From the NCBI GenBank assembly GCA_964016885.1, contig OZ024740.1, forward strand, positions 258,540,001 to 258,604,000: a DNA stretch of 64,000 nt, given 5' to 3'. The notes below the pieces were generated by a model. That model was not told the DNA's origin and did no database searches. It saw nothing but the letters and a program-made list of their open reading frames with translations. Shown piece by piece: positions 26,251-41,492 of the stretch; positions within the stretch are counted from its first letter, which is position 1; every line of letters starts with the position of its first letter. The position numbers and the translations under genes are program-made. Source of the stretch: Eledone cirrhosa (lineage: Eukaryota).

Positions 26251-26373
26251 TACATGGAACTCCTTTAACCATCTTTTGATCTTATATTATGTATACTCCA
26301 GTCCTACAAACTGTAGAGTGCTTCTTATCCGATATCTGCATTGCTTTATAGTACTACAATAAAACTCACCTCC

Positions 26374-27398
<1,025 letters not shown>

Positions 27399-27459
27399 TA
27401 TTTAAATATATATATATATATATATATATTTAAATATATTTATATATATATATATATAA

Positions 27460-28200
27460 ATTGTAGACAACAACATAACCTGGCGCACTCATATGAACTG
27501 TAAAGTTGCCATGGCCCGCAGAATATGTTCCCGGATTCTCAGAACCTTCCAGTCGAGAGATATCCACACTGCTATCCTTCTCTTCTCCACTTTTGCTCGA
27601 CCCCACCTTGAATACTGTTGTCCACTGTGGTGTCCCCACACAAAACAAAGTATAATGAAAGTTGAAGCACCTCAAAGGTCAATCACAAAAAAAGATAGGC
27701 GGCATGACATGCCTTGACTATTGGCGTCGACTAGAAAATCTCAAACTTTACTCAGTCCAACACCGCTGTGAGCGCTCATTATCTTCATGATGTGGAAAAT
27801 ATTCTATCAGCATTGTGCAAATGATGTTGGTATCATCTTTAAGGTACACCCAAGCCTTGGGCCCCGTGTTATCCGCCCACAACAAAAATTCCCACTCACA
27901 TCTCATAACAACAATACGGCACAATTATTTCACCTCAACTGGCCCAGCTCTCTGTAACATTACACCAAAACACATTAAAACGGAACCAGAATCCATGAAG
28001 TTCAAGAACTTTTTGGACAAATTCCTTCAAGAAATCCCGGATAAACATCCTACACCCGGATATGTCTCTGTAAACAATAACTCTCTACTTGAGTGAGCCA
28101 TGGTGTCCAAATCCTGATTTAAAAGACTTCGCCAGGTGGTGCTATTAAGTTAGACATGGCCTGAGTCAATACTGGCCGAAACCTATCAATGTTATCAAAG
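27460..28200 (+). pseudogene. CR1/L2-group LINE 3' fragment
   Basis: ARPHLEYCCPLWCPH..KVEAPQR..; FKNFLDKFLQEIPDKHP..GY..NNSLL. Confidence 0.75.
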
Positions 28201-28429
28201 GTATATATATATAGGTATATATATATATAATTTCCAAAACTAATCAGATTAGAGCAAACATCACGGGCGCTCTATCTGAAAATTATTTTTGAAAAGCATT
28301 AGAAATGCGCAACCGGTAAAACTTAAAACCAAAACTGAATACTAACCAATGCTATTACTAATTTTCACTTATCCCTAATTAAACTATTTTTCACTGTGAA
28401 CAATTTGTCAGCATTTTCTTTTCCGTTTA

Positions 28430-28529
<100 letters not shown>

Positions 28530-28909
28530 AGATTATTAATGGAAAATGCAACTTCTTTTCTCCAAAAGACATATTTATTCTCTTACACATGTTTCAAAGA
28601 CATATGAATTCCATTCTTCGAAATGTTGGTAAATATTTCGCATAGTCTATGTCTATCTACAGGCATACATATATGGCTATAGAGTCATCTGGTTTTGGGA
28701 TGAAAGAAGTTAATTTTCCATTCATCGATCAACTCTCAGATGATACAAACCTTAGTAGGAAGCAGTTCCCAAGAGCAATGGGAAAACGGGAATAGTGGAG
28801 AGCCTTTGTCAGGAATGTTCGACTCTGGTCGCAATGATGACGATGATGATAATTAATCATAATAATGATGCCGGTACCGATCTTACTAGTGGTACTGTTC
28901 TTGCTAGTG

Positions 28910-29449
28910 GTTGATATGGTGTTGTTGTTGTTGGTGGTGGTGGTGGTGGTGGTGGTGGTGTGGTGGTGGTGGTGGTGGTAGTGGTAGTAGTGGCGATACT
29001 GGCTCTCTTCTTAACAATTGATATGACGCTGGTGGTGGCGGCCGTAGTGGTACTGTTCATGCTATTGGTTGATATGGTGCTACTGATGGTGGTGGTGGTA
29101 CTGCTCTTGATAATGGTAGATGTGGTGGTGGTAGGGGTTCTGGTGGAAGAAGGGGTGCTGGTGGAAGGAATGGTGCTGGTGGGGGGGAAGTCGACATTGT
29201 TTTCTCCATATTTTCATTAGAATGTTATAATTTGATGGAGAGCTGGAAAATATTGGAGTCGGCAAGATGCTTTGGGAATATGAAAGCTTAATATCAGAGC
29301 TGATAGGGGAGCGATGGGCTTAGTAGTGGTGTGGGGTGGAAGTGTTGGTAACTGGTGGGTTCAGCTTGTAGTTCTGATGCAGATGAAATTGACGGGGCAA
29401 AGAGGATAGAAGAGGGCAGTGAGAGGGTTAATACATTACTAGTAATAGC

Positions 29450-29519
<70 letters not shown>

Positions 29520-30250
29520 CTTTCTTTATTAACCACAAGGGTTTACATAAAGTAGACATTAAGGACAGTACAGGACGGTACAAATGGGCATAATAATAAT
29601 AATAGTAGTAATAATAATAAGATGATTATGACGATGATGATAGTAATGTTGATGATGATGATGATGATGATGGTGGTGTTGGTAATGGTGGTGTTGGTGA
29701 TGTTGATGATGAAGATGATGATGAAGATGACTTTTTTATTCGCCACAAGGGCATCGGATTAAGGCGACTTTATAATAATAATAATAATAATGAATAGCAG
29801 TATTCATTAAAATCAGAATTATATTAATAATAATGCTAATGGTGATGATAATAACAGTAGTAGTAACAAAGGGAGGAGGACATTGGTGGTAATGATACGA
29901 ACAATGACGTCGAGGAGGGAGAGGACGACGTCAAGAGGGAGGAGAGAGGGGGAGGAAGAGTGTATGATCTGGATGATGAGTATTGAGATGAAGATATGGA
30001 TGAACACAATGACAACAACAACAACAACAATAATAATGATAATATTAGTAATAATAATAATGATTGTAATAATAATGATTCCTTAATAATTATGATGATA
30101 ATGATGATGATGATGATGATGATAATGATGATGATGATGACGATAATAATGGTGAATGTGTGATGATGGTGATGATGATGAAGATGATGGTGAAGTTGAC
30201 GATGATGATGACGTTGAGGATGATAATTGATGGTGATGATGATGGTGGTA
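28910..30250. repeat. Trinucleotide microsatellite field (GGT, TAA, GAT)
   Basis: Read directly; includes two short Tx1-type 3' tails (TTTATT..CCACAAGGG) at ~29520 and ~29735. Confidence 0.85.
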
Positions 30251-30726
30251 ATAAAGCTAAGGTGGGTGAATAGAAGAAGGGGGAGGAGGGTGTTGATGGG
30301 TTGACAAAGATGTCAAAAACAATAAAAAACAACAATCCTAACAATAATTGAAAAATATAATATACATTATGAAAAAAATAAGTCAGTATGAAAAAATAAG
30401 TCAGCGTCGGAAGTACAAGCGCTGGATGAGAGGGTCGGTTTGGGAAAGAGATGATATTGGGAAAGGACATGCGAGAGAAAGGGGCAGTAGAAGTGGAAGC
30501 AAAGGTGATGTGGATGGGGTTTTGGTCTCTGTGGAATGGTCCTGGAGTTAAGTTATTCCTCTTGGACGAAACAGATATACGTCTCCAAAATGTCGGAACA
30601 TTTTCACAAAAAACAACATAAATAATTTTTGCAGTTTTTGTCCTGTCAACATCATGTTAAAGTTGATTATACGTGTGGGTTAGTGAATATGTGTGTATCT
30701 ATGTAACTATGCATGCATGAGTGGGC

Positions 30727-30816
<90 letters not shown>

Positions 30817-31131
30817 CTGTATCTCTGTGTGTATGTGTGTGTATGTATGAGTGTGTGTGTGTGTGTGTGTGTGCATCATTATACGAAGAACATATTAAGA
30901 ACTTTCCCTATTTTGTCATTTGCATTTAGGTGAAAGTTACCAAGGGGACATCTAGAAATTAATAAAATATTGATGCATATAAACAGGGTTTCACAACTCC
31001 ATCATGCATTCATTTACATTATATATTACATGTAGCACTAACACTATACACACACACACTCACATACATACGCATACACACACAAACACAAACACACACA
31101 AACACAAGCACACACACACACATACACACAT

Positions 31132-31202
<71 letters not shown>

Positions 31203-31466
31203 ATGAATATATATATATATATATACAATGAATATATATATATACAATGAATATATATACACAGAGAAAGAGAGAGACAGGGAGAGAGGCAGAGATAGTT
31301 AGACTGAGGCAGATAAATATATATATACAAATACAAGGAAGTGTTTGATTTCTATTACGTCTCCTCTGTCATCTGTGTGGTGAGTGGTGCTGGATGTAGA
31401 TTTATGAATACTATTTGGCTCAGTTCGAGGACAGCATTGGATTTGTGTAGCAATTTGTGGGCTTAG

Positions 31467-31519
<53 letters not shown>

Positions 31520-31757
31520 AATATTGATGTAATTCAATTCAAGTACTCAACGTCATGTTGCTTCTTCCAAATAAAAATGACCGTGTATATCTAGAATAAA
31601 TGCGAAGTTTTTTGTAGATGTTATTGTTAAGGCTGAGATACATATTTCAATCGTGGTCGCATGATTTTACGTAACCAGTAACGTGATCTCATCAGACAAC
31701 ATCATTATGTAATAAGGTTAGGTTTCCGAAGCAATCCAAAGTAAAACGAAGAAGGAA

Positions 31758-31972
31758 CGGACAAAATAATTGTTTCTTCTTTTGGCACAGGGCCACCAAT
31801 TAACCAGTGCATTACTGGTACTTTATTTTATCGACCCCGTAAGGATGAAAGACAAAGTTAACCTTGGCGGGATTTGAACTCAAATAGAAAGGGCCGTAAC
31901 TCTATGCGTCAAAGAATGGCGTCCGACCCTCTACCGATACTGCTAATCAACCGCCATCGGACAAAAATAATG
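31758..31972 (-). mobile_element. SINE copy with ~14-bp TSD
   Basis: SINE core on the minus strand flanked by CGGACAAAA(A)TAAT on both sides. Confidence 0.85.
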
Positions 31973-32835
31973 TTTTTGAAGCCTTCGTTCGTTCACTTGT
32001 GAGCTTCAGTTCCTCTCCTCAGCTTTGCGCATGCGCAAATGTAAAGAAAGCTGACCAACTAGCTACTACCCAAAACAATGCTCGCCTAGATAAGCCTCTC
32101 GCACAATCAATCTCCCCATCTCAGGCAGTGAGATGGCACGTTCACAGAGTTCAAGTCATCCAATACGTTATAGTTTACTGCTAGTCCAGCGTCCTGGGCC
32201 TAGGGTGCGGCGGTAAAGGGGCTGGGCCCCGCTGACAAGACCGCAACACCATTCCAGCGGACAATGGCCAGCAACACCCGCTACAACAGACACATATATT
32301 TACGATAGTTAAGTAGAGAAACCAATTAGTAGGGTTACTATGAAGCCCGACTAGAAAATACTAAGCACTGTAACGAAAAATAGAAGATACATTTAAAGTA
32401 TAGAACTTAATAATTAAACAATGGATTAGTTAATATCTCAATCTATCACATGTAAAAACAAAAATAGATCGATATAAAATGAGAGAAAAAATATATCGAA
32501 ATGGAAATAAGGATGACGAAATATAGTGAGTTCAATTACATTCATAGAGCATGAGTATTTTAGTCAAGTTTGTCCATGCAATTGCACATAAAATTCCCTC
32601 GCTGTCTATTATCGGATGAGATGAGAGGGGATCCGGTAAGAGATTCCACTTCCAGGCTTCCGTGCGAAATAGAGCGTATTGCTGTGAAAATAAGAGGTTT
32701 TACGCTGCTTTTGGTTCTCTTAGTTACCAGGTCGAAAGTTTGTTATTAATATTATGTCCGTCCAGTGGTAGGGACATCCAATAAGTGCAATTGTTCCCAG
32801 CGCTAGAGGGAATTTCCGGGTGTAGTTGATATATA

Positions 32836-32989
<154 letters not shown>

Positions 32990-33239
32990 CGTGTGTGTGT
33001 GTGTGCTATTATATGTCCGTACGAAGCTAAGAAGAAATGTGTGTTTATGTGTGAGTAAAAGAGTGTGTGTGCATGTAAGTACAAAGTTATGAACAAAAGT
33101 ATGTTAATATAAGGGTGTATAAGGGTGTATACAGAGCAGTGAAGGGAAAAGTGGAGTGAGCATATATAGTCGGCATGTATTAGTTGTAAGAGATGTTAAT
33201 GATCAAGAGAAACTGATATGAATTTAGGGGTGTCATAAT

Positions 33240-33585
33240 GGACGGCGTATTAGAGAAATTAGGGAGGTAAGTTGAGTCCAAGAGAGGAATAGGACCCAAG
33301 GCGGTGAATAAGACTTTGTTCAATCCTGGTGCACGAGGCCTGTGATCCATGATGTAAAAGGACACCCAGGACTGGAACATGTAGGGAAGAATGACCAGGA
33401 GAACAGAAATGACGGGCGACAGGAGTATCCAAACCGAGTTGTATGTCCCTCATATGTTCGGCAAAATGGTCCGCCATACGGCGTCCCGTTTGTCCGATAT
33501 ATAAAGACCCGCAAAGAGAACACCGGAGGGCATAGACAACGTGGGGGGACGTGAAGGTGAAGGAATGGCGGATACGGAATGACAC
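33240..33585 (-). pseudogene. PLE GIY-YIG fragment (Neptune-like; same family as 13.1-13.7 kb)
   Basis: FRIRHSFTFTSPHVVYALRCSLCGSLYIGQTGRRMADHFAEHMRDI..PVARHF..RIEQSLIHRLG..GLN. Confidence 0.88.
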
Positions 33586-34000
33586 ATATGTATATCTATA
33601 TATAAAAGTAAGTCCAAAGAATCATTAGATAAAATATATACAGTATTTCTCCTCCCAATCAGTATAAATCAACCACACAAAAAATCATTTAAACGAGGCT
33701 ATAGGTTTAAAATATCCTTATGAAGAAATAATAGACAAATGATATAGCTTCTTATCCGCTGATGTACAGCTACAATAAATTTGCCTAATATTTCTATTAG
33801 CCTGTAGGAATTGACTAGACGTATTGTTAACTACACATAATTAGGTACAAAAAAATCTAAGTTAGAAGAAAAAATATACATAAACTTTACCAAAATCTTC
33901 ATAATACGTCTACCACCCGGCGGTTTCTTTCACTTTTTGGATATATCCGTTCTTGGATAAATCAACGAGGTTTGGAACTCATCAGGAGATATATATATAT

Positions 34001-34073
<73 letters not shown>

Positions 34074-34137
34074 CGTAAGATGAGAAAATTATAAAATTAT
34101 AAAAAAATTATAAAATTGACTTACTTACTAAAATATC

Positions 34138-34220
34138 ACTTCCAACTAATTAGTTTCTGGAATGGAGTAAATATATTTTCCGAAGAACATATAAAAAAGC
34201 ATTCCGTCGTCAGGAAAGTC
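34138..34220 (-). ncRNA. Type I hammerhead ribozyme (TAATTA-loop family)
   Basis: Minus strand GACTTTC-CTGACGA-CGGAATG...CATTCCA-GAAAC-TAATTA-GTT-GGAAGT, with compensatory changes relative to the 10191 copy. Confidence 0.78.
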
Positions 34221-34304
34221 TCTTTTCATGTAAGTTTCCAGGCATAGCGAGGACTCTGGAAACTTATTAAAAAATAATTCAGTGGAGAGGAAATAGCGAA
34301 GCGT

Positions 34305-34349
<45 letters not shown>

Positions 34350-34359
<10 letters not shown>

Positions 34360-35205
34360 TGTATATATAATGTATTTTGCAATACACTTTATGCTTAATT
34401 AAAAGCATTTTGAAGACCGTATGCTATTGTTTTAGAGTAGTGACAGACTCACTTACTTTAATCTCAGCAAACAGGGGGAGATAAAGCCGACAAGGCCTTG
34501 TTTCTGCATTTTTTTATGCTTATCAAGGCTAACTACTCCCTCCCGTCTACTGAGATCACTGATGTTATATTCTTATAGAATTCTAGTAAATAATCAGGAA
34601 CTGATTATATAGAGCGGTTGCCGGTCAGGCAGAAATTAAAAATTAGAATTGGAGCTCTGAAATAGCCATATATATATGAATGTATATATAATGTATTTTG
34701 CAATACACTTTATGCTTAATTAAAAGCATTTTGTTTGCTGAGATTAAAGTAAGTGAGTCTGTCACTACTCTAAAACAATAGCATACGGTCTTCAAAATGC
34801 TTTTAATTAAGCATAAAGTGTATTGCAAAATACATTATATATACATTCATATATATATGGCTATTTCAGAGCTCCAATTCTAATTTTTAATTTCTGCCTG
34901 ACCGGCAACCGCTCTGTATAATCAGTTCCTGATTATTTACTAGAATTCTATAAGAATATAACGTCAGTGATCCAGTAGACGGGAGGGAGTAGTTAGCCTT
35001 GATAAGCATCAAAAAATGCAAAAACAAGGCCTTGTCGGCTTTATCTCCCCCTGTTTGCTGAGATTAAAGTAAGTGAGCCTGTCACTACTCTAGAACAATA
35101 CCATACGGTCTTCAAAATGCTTTTAATTAAGCATAAAGTGTATTTCAAAATACATTATATATACATTCATATATATATGGCTATTTCAGAGCTCCAATTC
35201 TAATA
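34350..35205. repeat. 320-bp hammerhead unit: ~1.2 copies (-) abutting ~1.5 copies (+)
   Basis: TGTTTGCTGAGATTAAAGTAAG recurs at 34732 and 35052; the mirror sequence spans 34350-34730. Confidence 0.85.
34485..34530 (-). ncRNA. Hammerhead ribozyme with U3-A8 core variant
   Basis: Minus strand AGCC-TTGATAA-GCAT-A6-ATGC-A-GAAAC-AAGGCCTT-GTC-GGCT. The + copy at 34995-35040 has G12A. Confidence 0.75.
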
Positions 35206-35304
35206 TATATATAGTAATAATAAATTTGGAGACTAAAATCCAAAGAGGGCTCGATAAGGATAAATATATATCAAATATATAAGAACCGTAGAGCAGCGTG
35301 CGGT

Positions 35305-36350
35305 CGTTTTTACCGTGATGATGGTCTTTTGACCATGACTAAGTGCGGCCCACGTGCTTGCGACAGTTTCAGAAAAGAACTCACAGCCTTCATTAAAGGC
35401 TTCAACCTCTCTATACAGGTTGAGGCCAACCTCTCGGTCGTTAATTACCTCGACGTTACTCTCAATTTATCGAATGGCCTGTATTACCCGTATAGAAAGC
35501 CGAATGATACGCTTAATTACATAATTAAGCATTCTAACCATCCTGCCAGCATAACCAAGAACCTGGTAAGAAACGTTTCTTTGAGGCTTTCCCGTCTATC
35601 TACTAACGAGCATATTTTCAACGACCATTCCACATATTACAATGAAGCTCTTGCTCGGAGTGGATTTGTCGATAAGGTAGCATATACAGAGTACGAGAAT
35701 AGACCTAGAAGTAATAAATCCCGACGCATTATATGGTATAACCCACCATATAATATGGAGGTGGCCACACCATTAGCTAAGATCTTTCTATCCCTTCTTA
35801 CGAAGCATTTTCCCCCTACACATAAATATAGTAACATTTTTAATAGAAATACTATTAAAATGTCTTACTCTACGACTCCTAACTTTGCACATAACATCTC
35901 AGCTTCAAATTTAGCTAAACTACCTAGCCGTAGGAACACGTGCAACCCTGTAGTTAGTACTAACTGTAATTGTAGGAATCGGGTTGATTGCCCCCTATCC
36001 GGGAAATGCCTCTCTAGTAACATTGTCTACAAATGTAAGGTTGAAACACCCACGTCCCGTAGGGCCTACATAGGGTTAACCGCCAATAGATTCAAGCAGC
36101 GCCTTTACATGCATACCCATTCTTTTCGTTACCCTCTTATAAGGAATATGACGTCACTTTCAGCTTCTATCTGGAGTCTAAAAGACAACCACACCCAATA
36201 AAAGTTACACTGGGAGATTCTAGCTAGGGCTAGATCGTATAACGGTAATAAAAGACCATGTGACCTCTGCGCCGCTGAGACCCTGGAAATACTCTACGCC
36301 ACAGACCACATCTTAAAAAATCTGAGGCAATTTCGGCTTGTAAACATAAA
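35305..36350 (+). pseudogene. Naiad-like PLE RT (C-terminal half) plus linker and GIY-YIG endonuclease, 5'-truncated
   Basis: FYRDDGL just upstream of the ORF, then NYLDVTL, YRKPND, SNHP, IIWYNPPY, CxCx5Cx5C (CNCRNRVDCPLSGKC), IVYKC..YIGLT..FKQR..H; the frame continues past a premature TAA to CDLCAAE. Confidence 0.9.
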
Positions 36351-38793
36351 TTGCACAAAACTTTCCTATATTACAGCCCCACATTATACCCTAACAGATA
36401 GTACGATCTATACGCGGATATTTTACGTCTTGATGTGGTAGCTAAGTATATATTATGCTTATACCATTACTTATTTGCATAGGTAAGTATATATTACCTG
36501 TATGTTTTGTGAAGGTACGTATACTTTCTCGTACGTATTTTTGATTGTATATGTTATGGCGTATATTTTATATATTGTGGTTCATATGCTTTTGGTTATG
36601 TATATACGTGAGTTTTGCGTCTGTGTGAGTATGCGGGTTCGTACGTATGTAGGGTGTGTGTATATGTGTACTTCATGTTTTGGTTGACGATCGTCTCCGA
36701 ACATATGTGTATTTACATGTAGGTATGTGTTTGCGCTTGTTATATACGTATTTATTTATTTATATACGTTTATTTAATTATTTGTATACACGCACACACA
36801 CACACTCATATTTATATGTGCGTGTGCTTGTGTATGTACGTATATGGATGCGTGGATGTATTTATTTAATTTTCAATTACTTCTGTATTTTATTTACTTT
36901 ATTCTTAACTCTGAAGCTGAGTATCATTCGGTTTCCTAGTTAGAATTTTAGTCTACGATTTCAGTTATACCATTTACGTGGTTTTGTCTTTGCGTGCAAT
37001 TGTTCTCCACATATGACGTATTATCTTCGTTTTTTCCGTTCATTGCCAGAGAACATCTCTATGAACCACCTAAGAGAATATTAGTCTACGACTTCTTTTA
37101 TACCATAAACGTGGTTTTGTCTTTGCGTGCAATTGTTTTTCACCGCTCCAAATTTATGATCTGAGTAGACAATCCAAATGATGTTCGCCAAGGAACGATT
37201 ATTAAATAAAAAGGATGAACTCCTCTTCTTGTACAAACACCGGATTTACAAAACATATCTTAATTTCAGAACTTCTCCCTACCCAGGAGGGTAAGACGAT
37301 TTTCATTGTACATATGCACACTACAATGCGCACCGTGGACTATCATAGTACATCTACAAACACTATTATGTATCAAAACTGGCAAACATATTCCTAGGTC
37401 TAATGAACACATACGCACAAACGAGCACAATTCCACACAAATTTCAATAGCAGACTCTAACAGAAACCAGGAAATAACACAGTACTAGTGCTTACATACA
37501 AAAGATCACTACTCCACACAAACTTCATCAGCAAACCCCTCTAGCACCCATAGATGCAAACAGTACTAGCTTTTATTGACTCACGTGAGCCAACAGTATC
37601 ATAAGAAAACACACACGCCATAAGTAAACAAAATTATTATAACATGAAACCAGTACATAAGCAGTTCACTCGCACCAACCTGAGCTGCACATCCAACGCT
37701 TTAGCTACATAAACATACTCCTGAAGAGACTCCTACCACATACTTTTTTTACGAGGCTTAAGCGACTACACCTACGTTAGCACTCCACTGAATATCAATA
37801 CCTATTTGCACGTGGATATCCCCCGCGACCTTCCTCGCAACATACATACGTACCCCAGAAAACATAGGAACTTACAGTTGATAATAAATAGTAATTACTC
37901 ACTCCACCTATTTCACTATAAATATATAAAATATAATCACCACCACAAACTCAGTGGTACCACGAAATCTGGATATCTTAAGTAAATCAAATCTACACTC
38001 CTAACGGTAATTCATAGGGACTTAAATACTAGAGTAGTTATAGTAAATACATTCCACTAGATATTACTTATATAGCACCGGGCTAGTAGGCTGAACGTGT
38101 ATACCATTATCAATTCATTATACTAAACGCTTTTATTTGACTTTTATTCATTTTAATAGCCATTTCATTATTGATTTTATCGATGCAATAGTTATCTACA
38201 GCATTTTCTTTTAAAATATTTCTGTGCAAAGTTTAATTTTTCTCTAAAAATATGAATTATGAAGAAGGTCCAGGATCAGCTTATTTGAATAACATCCAGT
38301 TTCCTCAATTTAGTCAACCATGTAAACTAACATATATCGTTGTCTCATCAAATGCGTGTGTGCACTGTTGATTTGGCTGGCTGTTTGGGTTTATTTCAGA
38401 TAACCAAGAAATTAGCCGTCACTTAGCTGAAAATTATGTTCAACTTGTAATATTCTTTGATTAGACCGATTTGCTGCCAAGACTAACGACAATTCTATAG
38501 ACCTGTTATCTGAAGGTCGAGATAAACATGTCTGGGAGCATACACACACTCAGCCTCATATACTTTATCGATAAATATATTTCTCCCCCGCCACCTTCCA
38601 TGATTATTCTGGCTAAAGCTGACCAGGCAGATACACTTGAACGCACACATAGACGCACACGTACATATACACACTCACTAATCCAGATATCTATACACAC
38701 AACCACATAAAAACACTCCATCACCAAAAAAATTATTTCCTGAAACATTTGTTTACAATTGGATAAACAATACATACCCTTATTTGGACAAAC

Positions 38794-38888
38794 GACCCTC
38801 CAGATGAGACAGCTTGTTAACCGCCAATGTCTTCGGCAATCAGGCTGGTATTAGCTGTTGAAACGACAAGAGCTCTGCCGTCGGGGTC
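38794..38888 (+). ncRNA. Degenerate hammerhead (U4A) related to the 58.5-kb family
   Basis: GACCCTC-CAGATGA-GACAGCT...AGCTGTT-GAAAC-GAC..GCC-GTC-GGGGTC. Confidence 0.5.
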
Positions 38889-38926
38889 CCGAATCTTTAT
38901 AATATATATATATATATGTATATATA

Positions 38927-38988
<62 letters not shown>

Positions 38989-39207
38989 AGAGTAATTATA
39001 TATCTATGTGTAATACAATACTTCATTCAATGTACAGATAAAACTACTTCAACAATTATTCATAGAAAATTACGTAATTATATATATGGTTATTATGAGA
39101 AATATACGCTAAAATAGCCATGTAAATCCATGCGCACATACGCATACATATACATACATGCTTCCAGACACCGCACATACGCATACATATACATACATGC
39201 GTCCGAC

Positions 39208-39382
39208 ATCGGTAGAGGGTCGGACGCCATGCTTTGCAGCAAAGAGTTACGACCCTTTATGGTCTGAGTTCAAATCCCGCCGAGGTTAACTTTGCCTTTC
39301 ATCCTTACGGGGTCGATAAAATAAAGTACCAGTAATATACTGGGGTAATTGCTGGCCTTGTGCCAAAACTAGAAATAATTAT
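39208..39382 (+). mobile_element. SINE copy
   Basis: SINE core motifs. Confidence 0.85.
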
Positions 39383-39538
39383 TTCGTACTCATTCACATA
39401 CACAAAGACGTACACATACACACATATACAGACACAAATATACACATACATAATATATATATATATATGTGGGAGGGGGGAGTGCGTGTATGTGTGTATG
39501 CCTGTGTGTGCGTGTGTTTCTGTGTGTGAGTGTGTGTG

Positions 39539-39569
<31 letters not shown>

Positions 39570-39657
39570 CCGAAACGTGAAACTTTCTTCTACTTCCTCC
39601 TAGACGTGATAATAATATTGTGATTTTGTATCTCTGCATTTGTCTTGTCATTTCCTG

Positions 39658-39702
<45 letters not shown>

Positions 39703-39920
39703 AATAATAATAAATTTGAAGACTAAAATCCAAAATGGACTCGGTAAGGATAAATATATATCAAATATATAAGAACCGTAGAGCAAATATTTATTAAAAT
39801 AACAGATTAAAGTTTAAGCAAAGAATAGCTGCTTTCACCCTTAACGGGATCTTCTGAAACTCAGAAGATCCCGTTAAGAGTGAATTTGCATATCGAGTGA
39901 GATAGTCGGCCGTAGTTATA

Positions 39921-39961
39921 CGATGCTGATGACAGCTAATAAGATAGAAACTAGTTCATCG
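39921..39961 (+). ncRNA. Minimal hammerhead (ACTAGT family); further copies at ~40174-40214 (+, C15.2G) and ~41247-41288 (-)
   Basis: CGATG-CTGATGA-CAGCT-AATA-AGATA-GAAAC-TA-GTT-CATCG; stem I covaries with CGTTG/CAGYG at 8.2 and 8.9 kb. Confidence 0.7.
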
Positions 39962-40447
39962 TTCCTGTACATATATGTATGTACGTATACATACTTACAT
40001 TTAAGTATCAGTCGTACTAAGAGTGAGAAATGAGATTTCATTTTTTCCATGTATCGTTTTCGGTACGCCTGGCCGACTAACTCACTCGATATGCAAATTA
40101 GGCTGCTCACCCGTTAATATGCATAAGGAAAGTATATACTTTCAAACGTTCAATCGACTGACAGGAAGGTATACGGTGCTGATGACAGCTAATGAGCTAG
40201 AAAGTAGTTCATCGTTCGTTTGTCAGTGTTGAACATAAGGGCAACGATGGTTGCCGAACACTGTACGGCTTAATTCGGGCTGTTTGTTTACAAACAAACC
40301 GAACATTATAATAAATGTTCAGTAAACCCATACGTACATATATATGTGTGTGCATGTATGTATGTATATACATACTATTGTACGTCCGTATACATATATG
40401 TATGTACGTATACATACTTACATATATATATATATACATACAAATAC

Positions 40448-40536
<89 letters not shown>

Positions 40537-40554
40537 TACATATATTTTCTATTT

Positions 40555-40955
40555 TATTCTAAGGCGGGTAAAATTCCCGAGATCCATGGACGAGTTCTCT
40601 CCAGCGGTCTCTGTCCCTCATTATCGCTGCCATGTCCTGCGTCTCCAACAGACCAGTGTCTGTCCTTAGGGCATCAACATACGTTAACCTTGGTCTTCCC
40701 CTTCTAGTGTGTCCATGTAGGGGCTCCCAAAGGAGCACTGAGTGCAATGTCAACTCTGGATGTCCGTGAGCATGTCCAGCTAATCTCAGTCTCCTTTGTG
40801 TCACTTTTGAGCTGACTTTTGGGATGCTCCCATACAGCTCTGAGTTATTCATCCTCAGTGTATACTGATTAATGTTCAGAGCCATCCTCAGCATTCTCGT
40901 GTAGCACCCATCCACCATCTGAGTGAGTTTCTTGGTCAGTGTCCAGGCCTCAGAC
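40555..40955 (-). pseudogene. RTE-clade LINE 3' fragment
   Basis: [56 protein letters not shown]. Confidence 0.85.
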
Positions 40956-41492
40956 ATATATACATATATACATATATACATAAACGGAATAAATGAAACG
41001 AAATTTCATTTCCCACTCTTAGTACGGTTGTTACTTAAATATAAGTGTGTACATGTACATACATATATGTATACAGACGTACAGTAGTATGTATATACAT
41101 ATACATACATGCACACATATATATATGTACGTATCGATTCACCGAACATTTATTATAATGCTCAGTGTGTTTGTAAACAAACATCCCGTATTAAGCCATA
41201 GTGTCTAGCAACCATCTTTGCTCGTTTGTTAAACACTGACAAAGGAACTCTGTACTAGTTTCAAGCTTATTAGCTATCGTCAGCAACGTATACCTTCCTG
41301 CCAGATTGTTGAACGTATATACTTACCTTATGCATATTAACGGCTGAGTAGCCCAATTTGCATATCGAGAGGGTTAATCCATACGTACATATATATATGT
41401 GTGCATGTATGTATATGTATATACATACTACTGTACGTCTGTATACATATATGTATGTACGTGTACACACTTACATATATATATATATATAT

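Larger units (their letters stand above)
24685..26290 (-). mobile_element. 5'-truncated Naiad-like PLE with hammerhead-bearing pLTRs in inverted orientation
   Basis: Arms ~24685-24895 / ~26071-26290 are reverse complements; internal ORF fragment; purine-rich ~190-bp tandem duplication in the 3' UTR. Confidence 0.8.

Noticed and set aside
36199-36201. Selenocysteine recoding in the Naiad-like ORF, as reported for some Naiad elements
   Set aside because: The in-frame stop is TAA, not TGA, and lies at a non-Cys position; the 3' hairpin at ~36907-36942 lacks a recognisable SECIS core.
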